From: Candidatus Bathyarchaeota archaeon
GTDB taxonomy: Archaea; Thermoproteota; Bathyarchaeia; Bathyarchaeales; Bathycorpusculaceae
Assembly: GCA_963702095.1 (NCBI GenBank)
Contig: OY969706.1
Location: forward strand, 1,696,001 to 1,760,000
Length of the DNA stretch: 64,000 bases
Direction: 5' to 3'
How positions within the stretch are numbered: the stretch's first letter is position 1; every line of letters begins with the position of its first letter. The notes beneath the pieces were generated by a model. The model ran no database searches. It was not told where the DNA came from and saw only the letters and a list, made by a program, of their open reading frames with translations. This document shows positions 21,160 through 32,000 of this stretch, piece after piece. Made by a program: the position numbers and the translations under genes.

Positions 21160-21360
21160 GCTTTCAGTTTTGAGTAGCCACACCATGTTTTTGCCTAAAG
21201 TCTCCATCGTCGCCAACCCTTCCTCATCCTTCTCGACGTCGCCTGCAGCTCTGCCTACGCTGACGTTCCAGTATATGGAGCCCGAAATAATTATTTCGCT
21301 AATGAGGAAGAAGCGGGTGATGGCATCAAATGTTGGGACTGCTCAAGCTCCGCGTACCAT
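21156..21360 (-). pseudogene. C-terminal remnant of a flavodoxin-like iron-sulfur flavoprotein (NADPH-dependent FMN reductase family)
   Basis: Manual translation VRGA*AVPTFDAITRFFLISEIIISGSIYWNVSVGRAAGDVEKDEEGLATMETLGKNMVWLLK; in-frame stop and no N-terminal half. Confidence 0.7.
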
Positions 21361-21555
21361 ATGCGCTTGCACTGTTTGGTACCACCTACCTATACCCGCC
21401 TATGGGCGATATTTAAGGTTGAGGCAATGAAGGATTTTTCGTTTAGGTTCCTTGACTAGCGATTAGTCGCCAATTTTGTGAGCTATCAAGCTGTTGATTA
21501 GAATTAGCAAAAAAAAGGAAAAAGGGAAAGGATTTTTGGTTTTGTTTTTTACCGC

Positions 21556-24210
21556 TTATTTCTTCCGAAGGATAAGTAAACCGACGATGACTACCACGAT
21601 GATGATAGCTATTACGCCAGCCGCCATGTAGGTTAACAAATCAGCAGTTGTAGCTAAGCCAGTTTGCGGTTGCTGAGTTGGTTGTGGAGTTGCTGCTTCG
21701 CCTGCATAGAAGTAAGTCGTTGCAGACGATGGATAGTACGAGTTGGAACCGTCAAAGCTTGCGATCACTTGGAAAGTGCCTGAGATGTCAGGAGTCCAGA
21801 CGAATGCGTAAGTGCCATCAACAGTCTTTGTTGAACCGATCTGGCGGTAGTTGCCGTTAGAGTCGACTACGCTGATTGTCACTGAAACACCGGTGGTATC
21901 CATTGGGATTGGCTGTTGCTGGTAGACATGTTCCATGAATTTGCTTTGGCTTTCGTCAGATACGCATGGTACGCCGTTGGGGAAGTTAGCTGCAACTGCA
22001 TGTTGCTTTGAACCTTCAGCAATGTCGGTTACTCTGCCAGTGATGGTAATCGGGGAAGCTGTTGAAACGCCGACTTGTGGAGCAGATATAGTGGTTTGGC
22101 TTGGACCTTTACCGAAAGCATAGAGTTGACTGTCATACATGTTCAAAGAGAACAAGATGCCATAGGCGATTGATGAAGAGCGAGTGAAAGTTCCAAGTTC
22201 AGTCCATACAGGTGATCCATCGGTCAAGTTGAGAGCTATCATTTGTGCGCCGTGGAATAGCGGTGGGTTGTATTCGTGTCCTACTGGTAAGTATGCGACG
22301 TCGCTTGAGAAGCATGCGCAGTTAAAGACCCAGAAAGGCCAGATACCGTAAGGTGTCTCAATGCCCGGGTCGCCCAGTATCTTTGTTGTGTTTGTGTACC
22401 ACAGCAGTGCACCTGACTTTGCGTCATGGCACCAGACGTCTCCTCCGAGACCCTCAGTGATTAGTTTGCCGTTTGCAACGTAGGGTTTGAGGCTGAAGAG
22501 GTCGTAGTAGTTTGGTTCTGCACCGTTATCGCCTGCAAGGGTTGCTGTCCAAACCTTGGTTCCTGAGCGTGCATCGATTGCATCGACGACGTAGTTGACG
22601 TCGTTCATGTTGAAGATGATGCCTTCACCGTATACCTGAGAAGTTCTTGTGTAGGGCAGGAATGATTGGAAGCCACCATCGTAGGTAAAGTTCTTGCACC
22701 ATAGTTGAGAGCCTGAGTCTGCATCGAAGCTTGCTGCTACTAGCCAACCTGCTGATTCACCACCGACACCCTGGCCGTGGACGAAGCCGCCTGTCATAAC
22801 GACTGCATTGCCAGTAATGGAGCTAACTGCCATAGCGGGGTTTATAGCTGCACCTGAGATGTCTGTTGGTACTGCAACTGACCACATGTAACCTGTCTTC
22901 ATTTCGCGGACTGTATTTCGCGCTGGTTGCCATGAACCACCGGTTTGACCGATAGCCATAGTCATGTTCACACAGGTTAAGTGTGGACCAGTACCGTTGA
23001 CAACTTTACTTGTGCCCACAACTGGGTAGACGGTTTCAGTCCATGCGCCTACAGTATTGTTTAGGAAGTAGCCGATCAAGTTACCGTTCGCATCAGGTCT
23101 AAGGGTTAGAGCTGAGCCGTTAACGATACTTAGGACGTACTCTCCGTTCAGTGCATCATACATGTTCCATTGGGTAGTGCCTGATTGCTGTTTAAACGTA
23201 GTTCCTCCAGTGTCACTTGCTGGGAGCGTACCTGTTGTCCAGATGAATGGACCGATAGTGCCGTACTGGTTGATTTGGCCATATCTAGTAGTCATGCCGC
23301 ATCTCAAAGTGTTAGTAGTGTTAATCGTGTACATTGTTTCGCCAGTGTAGATGTTAACTGCCTGAATACCGTGACCCTGGTTTGTGCCCATAGTTATGTC
23401 AAAAGTCTGCGAGTACAAGATGCCGTTAATGATAACTGGAGCGTATTGTGGCTGGTATTGTCTAGTGGACCAGTAGTGACCTGTGTCTTCAGTGCCGCCT
23501 GCATCGCCGCCGACTACACCGCCGTTCGCCCAGACCTTAGTCCAGAGAACGTCGCCAGAAGTAACGGATGGTGTGTAGGGGTTACAGAAGCTGCTAGCAT
23601 TGTAGGAGCCAGTTGTTGCGAAGGTTACGGAGCCAAAGCCTAGCCATGGTCCGCAAATCTTGTACCATTCTTGAACGTTTTCAGCATTTACTGGAGTCTC
23701 CCACCAAGCTGTTGGCAACGGAGTAATCGGGTATGAACTTCGAGAGATAGCTTCCTCTTGAACAACGAGTGTAACTTTTTCGCTTTGACTGGGTGCATTG
23801 GTTAAGTTTGCCCATCGGCTGGTTCCTGTGAGTACTTGTCCACCATAGAAGAACTGGAACGTCCAGTTACCCACATGGTCAGGGACAAATGTAGTGTATG
23901 AGCCGCCAGTGGTATCGCCAATAAACGGACCCAACGTCTTGGTTGTGCCATCAGGATTCGTCTGAACAACCGTCATGTTGACGGGCCTTTCACTAGTTTC
24001 CATAGGTGTTGCTAAGAAGAAGTTGACGGTAACAGTTTGACCGACGCCTGCGGGATTTGGAGCAACGTTTAGGTAAGCATAAGTCGGAATTTCGGTGCCT
24101 GCTGGTGGATAGACTTGCGCTGCGTTTGGAGCCATAAGAACTGAAGCTGCCATTGATAGGATTAGAATTGTCGAAATTAAAATCGCGGATTTATTTCTAA
24201 GGGTTTGCAT
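21556..24210 (-). CDS. Large secreted PQQ-like beta-propeller / Ig-fold cell-surface protein with C-terminal anchor
   Basis: Signal peptide, VAPNPAGVGQ Ig-like start, propeller repeats, Pro/Thr linker, TM plus RKK. Confidence 0.8.
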   Translation of the reverse strand: MQTLRNKSAILISTILILSMAASVLMAPNAAQVYPPAGTEIPTYAYLNVAPNPAGVGQTVTVNFFLATPMETSERPVNMTVVQTNPDGTTKTLGPFIGDTTGGSYTTFVPDHVGNWTFQFFYGGQVLTGTSRWANLTNAPSQSEKVTLVVQEEAISRSSYPITPLPTAWWETPVNAENVQEWYKICGPWLGFGSVTFATTGSYNASSFCNPYTPSVTSGDVLWTKVWANGGVVGGDAGGTEDTGHYWSTRQYQPQYAPVIINGILYSQTFDITMGTNQGHGIQAVNIYTGETMYTINTTNTLRCGMTTRYGQINQYGTIGPFIWTTGTLPASDTGGTTFKQQSGTTQWNMYDALNGEYVLSIVNGSALTLRPDANGNLIGYFLNNTVGAWTETVYPVVGTSKVVNGTGPHLTCVNMTMAIGQTGGSWQPARNTVREMKTGYMWSVAVPTDISGAAINPAMAVSSITGNAVVMTGGFVHGQGVGGESAGWLVAASFDADSGSQLWCKNFTYDGGFQSFLPYTRTSQVYGEGIIFNMNDVNYVVDAIDARSGTKVWTATLAGDNGAEPNYYDLFSLKPYVANGKLITEGLGGDVWCHDAKSGALLWYTNTTKILGDPGIETPYGIWPFWVFNCACFSSDVAYLPVGHEYNPPLFHGAQMIALNLTDGSPVWTELGTFTRSSSIAYGILFSLNMYDSQLYAFGKGPSQTTISAPQVGVSTASPITITGRVTDIAEGSKQHAVAANFPNGVPCVSDESQSKFMEHVYQQQPIPMDTTGVSVTISVVDSNGNYRQIGSTKTVDGTYAFVWTPDISGTFQVIASFDGSNSYYPSSATTYFYAGEAATPQPTQQPQTGLATTADLLTYMAAGVIAIIIVVVIVGLLILRKK

Positions 24211-24239
24211 TTTTTTCTTTTCTTCCTTTTGTATTTTGG

Positions 24240-24303
24240 GAACGAGTCAAGGGTTGATACTTGCTCGTTCTTCCCACCTTATCAGCGGCCCTAGTATTTA
24301 TAA
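24240..24303 (-). promoter_or_regulatory. TATA box and 5'-leader hairpin of the surface-protein gene
   Basis: TTATAAATA (minus strand) at 24295-24303; inverted repeat GAACGAG(T)CAAG/CTTGCTCGTTC at 24240-24270. Confidence 0.45.
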
Positions 24304-24542
24304 CTTAGCAATTCATGGGGGTTGGCTTCGCAAAATTGTTATTTTCATAAGATAGCTTTGGATGCGATACATTTTTTTAGCCCATAATTTGTATTTTTAT
24401 TAGGAAATAATGTTTCAGAAAATTAGATTTCATCTAGTAAAGGACAAGAAACTGCACCATTTTTAGTAAACAAAATGGATATTTAAGAAAAGGCTAACCT
24501 TTAAGGATCCAAAAGGAAAAGAAAATCCCCAAAGAGAAAAGG

Positions 24543-25830
24543 TTAGCTGTACGCTTCTTCGCCATGTTGGCTTAAATCCAAGCCTTCATCCTCTTCTTTT
24601 GGACTAACCCTCAGAGGCGAAAACAAATCCACCAACCGCAAAAGCAAATATGAACCCGCAAACGCGAAAGCCCCAACAACCACCACAGCTAAGACCTGAA
24701 TACCCAGTTGAGCAGGATTACCATAGAACAAACCGCTCACGGCAGGATTAACGGCTGCTGTTGCAAACAAACCCACCGAGACCGCACCGATTATACCGCC
24801 TATGCCGTGACAGGCAAAAACGTCGAGTGTATCATCGATTCTTGACCTGCCCGCACGCCAGTTAGCAACCAAATTAGAAATTATACCCGCTGCTAAACCA
24901 ATGATGACTGCAGACGTTAAATCAATGTATCCTGCCGCCGCCGTGACAGCTGCCATACCGCACACTGCCCCCACTGAGATGCCGATTGCAGAAGGCTTGC
25001 CTTTAATGACCCAGTCGAGAAGCATCCAGCTTACCGCAGCCGCTGCCGCAGCCAAATTGGTGGCGACGACCGCTGAAACCGCGATGCCGTCTGCCGCCAA
25101 CGCGCTGCCGCCGTTAAATCCGAACCAGCCAAACCACAATAATCCAGCGCCCAAGATGACGTAGGGTATGTTTGTAGGTTTGAATTCCGTTGCCAAAGAT
25201 TGGGCGGCACCTGCCGTTTTTTTATCAAGTGCTTTGAGTTGGTCTTTCCAGTACACGCAACCCTGTCTTCTGCCGACAATCAGTGCTGCAGCCAACGCTG
25301 AAACACCTGCAGTAACGTGGACGACGATGCCTCCAGCGAAGTCCCATGCGCCCAGGAGGTGTAGCCAGCCGCTGGCGTTCCATATCCAATGCGCGATTGG
25401 AGAGTAGATCAGGGTGGACCAGAGCACGACGAAAATAAGGAGGGATTTGAAGCGGATGCGTTCAGCGCAGGCGCCTATGATGAGTGCCGGGGTGATTGCG
25501 GCGAATTTAAGCTGGAAGGCAAAGAACAGAAATTCTGGGATGCCTGCTGCGTAGGTGGGGTTGGTTTTGGTTATTGTGATGCCGTGTAAACCTACAAGGG
25601 ACAGGTTGCCGATGACGCCGCCGACGCTTGGAGCGAAAACCAGGCTGTAGCCCCAGAAGAACCATACTAGGCTGACGACGGCGAAGATGGCGATGCATTG
25701 TACGAGGGTGGAGACAAGGTTTTTTCTGCGGACTAATCCGCCGTAGAAGAAGGCGAGGGCTGGTGTCATAAGCATGACGAGTGCTGTTGACATGAGTACC
25801 CATGCCTAGGTCTGCTGCGTTGATAGCCAT
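24543..25830 (-). CDS. amt: Ammonium transporter; frameshift near 25808
   Basis: LMTPALAFFYGG, FQLKFA, DFAGGIVVH, WFGWFGFNGGS, DDTLDVFACHG and GLDLSQHGE; true N-terminus MAINAAD-AWVLMST is split by one extra base. Confidence 0.95.
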
Positions 25831-26334
25831 CTGTTTCCCTGTTTTTGCTCTTGTTTGTTCATCAAGTGTGGTAAAACTGGTATTTAAACTATGCATCCGC
25901 ATTGATTAAAAGCTGAAAAAACGACAATTGTCAAAGAATAAGTTTCTATGCCCCAAATTTAATCAACACTCCTGCATGTCCGCACCATTTAATCGCAAAA
26001 ATGTCCAAAAAACCGCTCCCACTACTCAAAATGTCAAACAGAAAAAATGGCAGTAAGGATTAAACGAAAACATCTATCAAAGGGCAACAGTCTTGAGTGC
26101 TCTGCCTGTGAAAGCTGCATAACCGGCCAGCAACCCAACGGCATTACGGAAACAAAAAAGCAGTAGCGGGCACAAACCGCGTGTTGTGGTTGTGTGTAGG
26201 AGAATCCCCAGCAACATCAAATAAAAAAGTTTTACCTACTGCAAAAGCAAACGCTAAACCTCTACAACCGCCGATTGGTTAAGCATATTAGCACCAGCTT
26301 GCATTGGCTGTTTAATGTAATTTAACTAAAAAAA

Positions 26335-26375
26335 CAGTCGATGCATGCTTCCACATCCACATAAAGAGAGAAAAC
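26335..26375 (-). repeat. Collapsed copy (E) of the dispersed repeat: left end fused to right end
   Basis: Reverse complement TTTTCTCTCTTTATGTGGATGTGGAAGCATGCATCG equals element start joined to element end. Confidence 0.6.
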
Positions 26376-26417
26376 CGATGAAATTATACCTAACCCCGCC
26401 CTAATATTTGGGCAACC

Positions 26418-27125
26418 ATGAACCCCACCGAAAAGGTCGCGTCAGCAACCGCAATTGTTGCACTTATCCTAGTTCTAATGTTATCCAACAGCTCTGTCTA
26501 TGCCACAGCAGAGGAGCCAACCCAATTCACATCCGCCACCAAATTCGCCATCCCACTCCAGAACAGCACCATCACGTTTGCCCTCAACGGCACCTACACC
26601 TCGGCGACGCTTGACAAGGACACATGGGTCTTTAAAGGACTGCGGTTTGACGACCCACAAATCCCATATTTTGACTTAAGCGGGGTGCAAAGCGTTGGCG
26701 ACTTACACATTTCAGCGCAGAACTGTAATTTGACAGTGTGGATTTACTTAAACCTCAACTTCTCCTTGCCAATAAGCATGCTCAACTATTACGTGGAGGG
26801 CGACGGCGTTCAAACCGTCAACTTGGGCTTAAACACCACTAGCCCAACCCACCCCAGCGAATGGGGAGTGATAGCCGGGGACGACTTGTTTTTGTCGCAA
26901 GGGCAAAGTTGGGCACTTCAACCCGACAACACCATAACTGTCCACCCGCCAAACCCAGGCAATGTTACCGTCATGCACTATGACTTCAACAACTCCGAGT
27001 TTCAGGAATCGCTGCCTTTTTGGCTACAGCACTATGTAGCTTTGCTTACCGTTGCAGTGGTGGCTGCGGTGGTTGCTGTGACAGTTGTAATCAGGTTGAG
27101 AAAACGCAAAGCAGGTTCAAAGTAG
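26418..27125 (+). CDS. Secreted membrane-anchored hypothetical protein
   Basis: Signal peptide, beta-rich body, C-terminal TM plus RLRKRK. Confidence 0.75.
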   Translation: MNPTEKVASATAIVALILVLMLSNSSVYATAEEPTQFTSATKFAIPLQNSTITFALNGTYTSATLDKDTWVFKGLRFDDPQIPYFDLSGVQSVGDLHISAQNCNLTVWIYLNLNFSLPISMLNYYVEGDGVQTVNLGLNTTSPTHPSEWGVIAGDDLFLSQGQSWALQPDNTITVHPPNPGNVTVMHYDFNNSEFQESLPFWLQHYVALLTVAVVAAVVAVTVVIRLRKRKAGSK

Positions 27126-27127
27126 CG

Positions 27128-27904
27128 TTAAGGCGGGGGTTCCTTGCACTCCCTGTCTTTTTCCCTGTTGGGTTTGTACGGTATAGTTAAGACGTCTTTG
27201 ACGCGGTTAGTAATCACTGGACCCAACCCATGCACCGCCTTCTCCCAATCATCCACATTAATCAACGCGTTCATCGGCGTCTGATAAGAATCCAAAATCG
27301 CCGTCGCCTTCTCACGTCCAATACTTGGCAGACTCGCCACAAAATACACTTGCGCGTCCGAGAGGGTCTCGCATTTTTTGAATGCATGCACCACTGCACT
27401 GCGTTTCTCCACGACCTGTTCTTGGCGGGCGGCGGTGTAGAGGAAGTCGATGGTTTCTTTTTGACTGGCGGTGTTGACGATGGCGATGCCGTTTTTGGCG
27501 AGGTTAAACATGGCGCCCCAGATTGAGGCGGGAGATATGCTGCTGTACTTGTAGATGATGGGCAAGTAACCTTCGAGAACTATGAGTGATTTGGGGTAAA
27601 CGTCTTTTAAGCGGAAAAGCTGCTCAAAAAGATAGCGGCGGGTGAGAGTGTATACGAAGTCGTTGACGGTTTTGCGTTCCACCGCACATTGGTCAGAGAG
27701 GATGTAGTCGCCTTTTTCAAGCATCTGCGTTTTCACGGTGGCGCCTTTTTCGGTTAAGCCTTGGGCGATTTTTTTGGCGCTGCTGGCTTCGCGGCTATCC
27801 ATGATGATGGTTGGTTCTTCACTGGGCTTCTTTTTTTCGTTGATAAATGGCACGAGCGTTTCGGATCCTGACATTTTGGTGCAACTCTTGTTTAGGATAC
27901 CCAT
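27128..27904 (-). CDS. ERCC4/XPF structure-specific nuclease with HhH motifs (short form, no helicase)
   Basis: MDSRE, GDYIL...VERKT.ND, LPSIG and VHGLG motifs. Confidence 0.9.
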   Translation of the reverse strand: MGILNKSCTKMSGSETLVPFINEKKKPSEEPTIIMDSREASSAKKIAQGLTEKGATVKTQMLEKGDYILSDQCAVERKTVNDFVYTLTRRYLFEQLFRLKDVYPKSLIVLEGYLPIIYKYSSISPASIWGAMFNLAKNGIAIVNTASQKETIDFLYTAARQEQVVEKRSAVVHAFKKCETLSDAQVYFVASLPSIGREKATAILDSYQTPMNALINVDDWEKAVHGLGPVITNRVKDVLTIPYKPNREKDRECKEPPP

Positions 27905-28144
27905 GTGGGGGGTTTATGTTTTTATCGCTTTGAAGGTGTGTTTTGTGTTAGTAGTTGTTGGTGAAGAGTGCCTATACACAACAACAACCAGCGGGCTGTG
28001 TCGGTGGCTGCTTTTTTGTGTCTGTGTTGGTTTTGGGTTGCTTGTTGGTTGTGGCATTTTCCTCAAGTAGTTCGTTTCTGCAGGGATTAGATGCCTTGCT
28101 TTTGGGGTCTTGCTTCTTCTTGATTGGGCAAATTGGTTTTTTGA

Positions 28145-28320
28145 CTTTATGTGGGTGTGGCGGTTTGTGGGGTGCCACAGACTGCAACTGGAGGCACTGC
28201 TTTTGGGGGTTGCAATGTTTTTCTTGTCTGTCGGGGTGTGGCAACGGCGTTTTCCTCCACACGGGATACATGGTTCCATGCAGAAGCGGTCGGGATGTGT
28301 TGTGAATCCATGCACCGTCT
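28145..28320 (+). repeat. Dispersed intergenic repeat, copy B
   Basis: CTTTATGTGGGTGTGGCGGTTTGTGGGGTGCCACAGACTGCAAC...CATGGTTCCATG. Confidence 0.85.
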
Positions 28321-28628
28321 GGAAATAATTCCACACCTCAGCAAAGAAAAAGAGTTCAAACGGCAAAGCAATTTTTGACCACTGATAAAGGCGGTATATC
28401 GCAGGTTCTGTTGCTTTCCAATCTGTCCCCTTTCCTTATGGATAGAAGACTGTTTTAACCACTTAAACCTCAAAGGGTAAATATGCATCGTTAACCAATT
28501 GCACTAAATTCGTCCAATAACACGTGTGCTGAAATGCACTAATGAACCTGGAGATAGCATTCTACTTAAATTGCTGATATGAACTAAGAAAATAGTTAAT
28601 AACTTAAAGAGAAATAATCCACCATAAA

Positions 28629-31600
28629 GTGGCAGTGGAAATTTTGGAAAAGAAAGAAGCTAAAGATGACAAAAAAACAGTGGATTTTCCAGTTGTCGGC
28701 GTCGGCGCTTCCGCAGGCGGATTAGACTCCTTTAGGGGTTTACTTGAAAGTTTACCAGCCGACACAGGGTTATCGCTTGTTATTATACAACATTTGGCAG
28801 CTGGCCAAGAAAGCATGCTTGCCGAAATTCTTTCAAGATACACCAAAATGCCCGTCCAAGTTATCCAAAACGGAATGAAAGTAAAACCGAACCATGTTTT
28901 TGTGATTCCGCCTGGAGCAACTGTGACAATTGAAAATAAAGCTCTCAAACTCAGTGAAAAAGAAAAGTCTCTGAAGCCGAGACCTATAGATGATTTTTTT
29001 AAGTCACTGGCAACTGATTTGAAATCTAAAAGTATAGGGATTGTGTTTTCAGGCACTGGTTCGGATGGAACTGAAGGCTTAAAAGCAATCAGAAGCCAGG
29101 GCGGAATCACTTTTGCGCAGACGCCCAAATCCGCTCAATATCAAGATATGCCACAAAGCGCAATCTCCGCTGGCGTAGCAGATTTCGTTTTATCACCCTC
29201 TGAAATTGCTAAAGAACTGGAAAAAGTAGCGAGCAACCCTCAATTAGCTCATGCTGGGATTGGGGCAAAAGAAGAGCGAAGGGGTGCTGAAACAAAACCA
29301 AGGAAGGAAAATGCTTTAAACGCTATATTTACAATATTAAAATCCAAGTACAATGTTGATTTTTCCCACTACAAAGAAACAGTGGTTAACCGACGCATTT
29401 CACGTAGAATGGTAATAAATCATGTGGAAAAATGGCTAATTACAAAGAATACCTCAATACACATCCAAACGAGCAAGAAGCATTATTCAATGACATGCTA
29501 ATTGGGGTTACAAACTTCTTTAGGGAACCTGAAACTTTTGTTGCCCTAAAAGAGGCTGCATTTCCAGACATAGTGGCGAAGCATTCGCCGAAGGAACCCA
29601 TTAGGATTTGGGTTCCAGGTTGCTCAACAGGGGAAGAAGCCTATTCATTTGCAATAGCCATCACAGAGTTCCTCGAGGAAAAATCAATAACTGATCTTCA
29701 AATTTCAATTTTCGGAACCGACATAAACGAGAAAAATATAGAAAAAGCAAGACTGGGGATTTACCCAAAAAGCATCGAAGAGGATGTTTCTGAAGCCCGC
29801 CTAAAACGTTTCTTCACAAACATAAACGGCAGCTATCAAATAAGCAAAATTATTCGGGACCAATGCGTTTTTGCACAGCAAGACCTAACCGCTGACCCCC
29901 CATTCTCAAAGATCGATATTATTAGCTGCCGCAACATGCTCATTTACTTTGACGAATACCTCCATGGAAGAGTATTGCCAACAATGCATTACGCATTGAA
30001 GGAGAACGGTTTTCTTGTTCTCGGACAGTCCGAAAGTATAGGGAAATTCACGGGTTTATTCGAACAAATTAAGAAGACATCAATTTATGTAAAAAAGCGA
30101 ACCCAACCCAGCATTACCTTTGGATTAAAGATTTCTCCTTCCCCCCAACAGAAACTAAAGGGAGTCAATGTTGGAATAAAAAAAGATGCACTTTCCATTT
30201 TGAAAGATGAAATTGACCAATTATTAATAACCGAGTATGTCCCCGCTGCTATGCTCGCTAACACAAATTCTGAAATTCTGCTTTTCCGTGGGAACATTGC
30301 CCCTTACGTATTACCTGAATCTGGGCTTGCGAGTTTCAATGTGGGCAAGATTCTTCGCAAAGAATTAAAGTCTCAAGTCCAAACGATGATTTTCAGGGCT
30401 AAAAAAGAAAATAGGCCCATAAAGGAAAATGCAATTCGCATAGATTTTTCTAAAGAACAAAGAACGATCAATATTCAAGTAATCCCGTTGCGTTTTGAAC
30501 AGTTTGAGGAGCCTTTTTTCCTAATCATGTTTGAGGACATTAGTTCCGCAGCGGCGCTGCTTCGACAAACTTTAGAGTTAGCGTCCACTCCTCAGTGGCG
30601 AAGAGGGTGCAAAAGACCGACAGATTAAGGAACTCAGAGAGGAATTAGATTCCTCTAAGCTATCTTTGCAGAAAATTATTGAAACGCAGGAAGCCACCAA
30701 CGAAGAGTTAAGAACCACTATGGAAGAGGCGCAGTCTAGCAATGAGGAGCTACAAAGCACCAATGAAGAGTTGGAAACAGCTAAAGAAGAGCTTCAATCG
30801 AGCAACGAAGAATTAAAAACGTTGAATGACGAAGTTAAGAATCGAAATCAACAACTATCACAGTTAAACGACGACTTAGTTAACATTAATAGAAACATAG
30901 GTCCTGCAATCGTTATATTGGATAAAAGTCTCAGGGTCAGGTTGTTTTCGCCTTCATCACAGAAAATTCTAGACCTGTTGCCCTCTTCAATTGGGCTACC
31001 AATAACTGGTATTAAGCTAAATATTGACTTGGAGGATATAGCCGCTAAAATTTCTGAAGTGATTTCAAAACTTACTGGTCTTACCCAAGAGGTGAAGGAC
31101 GAGAAGGGTCAATATTATGAAATGCAGATTAAACCCTACATAACACTAGACGATAAGATAGACGGCGTTGTCTTATCGTTTATAGATATTGGGGATAGAA
31201 AAGAACTTGAAAGAGCACAACGACTTGCCGCCATAGGAGAAACCGCGGGCATGGTTGGTCATGACATTCGCAACCCACTGCAAGCGATAATCGGCGATAC
31301 TTATTTGCTTAAGGACTATTTTGCTAGAATGCCTGAAGGGCCACTTAGGGAAGATGTAGCTGAAAGTTTAGGTGGCATGGAGAAAAATGTTGAGTACATT
31401 AACAAGATTGTTGCTGATTTGCAAGACTATGCAAAAGCGGTCCAACCAATTGCTCAAGAGACAGACCTTGAAGCTTTGTGTAGAGAATTACTTCAGGGAA
31501 AAAATATCCCTGAAAATATTAGTGCTGAATGTAAAGTCGAGAGTACAGCTAAAAAACTCTTGGTTGACGGTAATATACTAAAGCGCATTCTTGAGAATCT

Positions 31601-31907
31601 AGTCACTAACGCAATCCAAGCTATGCCAAACGGGGGAAAACTAACCATGAGCGCACATCGAGAAGTAGTCGATACAGTTATCCTTGTAGAGGATACGGGT
31701 TTAGGTATTCCTGACAAAGTTAAAAGTCAGCTTTTCACTCCCTTCTACACGACCAAGTCTAAAGGGCAAGGCTTGGGCTTAGCCGTGGTCAAACGTATGG
31801 CTGAAGCACTACATGGAAAAGTAACCTTTGAAAGCATAGAGGGCAACGGAACAACATTTATCCTACGATTACCCAAGCAAAAACCAGTTGACAGAAACTC
31901 GAATTAG
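28629..31907 (+). CDS. CheB-CheR-coiled coil-PAS-histidine kinase fusion; frameshifts near 29430 and 30600
   Basis: CheB GASAGG/QHL/GTGSDG; CheR WVPGCSTGEE and CRNMLIYF; EELQSxNEEL repeats; HDIRNPL and N/G1/F/G2 boxes; spread over three consecutive ORFs. Confidence 0.9.
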
Positions 31908-32000
31908 ACAGTTATGCAGTTTTTGCTGAAAAAATAGCTAGAGGATAAGTACTTTCAGAGTGCAATGAAAGGATGGAGAAGCAGCTTCCTGAAAGCTCGC

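Noticed and set aside
27914-28488. Stack of overlapping ORFs in several frames
   Set aside because: They arise from low-complexity GT-rich sequence and repeat copy B; no protein-family signal
29420-29440. Programmed frameshift separating CheB from CheR
   Set aside because: The break is in a short A-run (GGAAAAATGG) with no stimulatory structure seen; an assembly indel is more parsimonious
30690-30830. Repeated GAAGAG/AATGAAGA units
   Set aside because: Coding EELQSxNEEL coiled-coil repeats typical of CheB/CheR fusions
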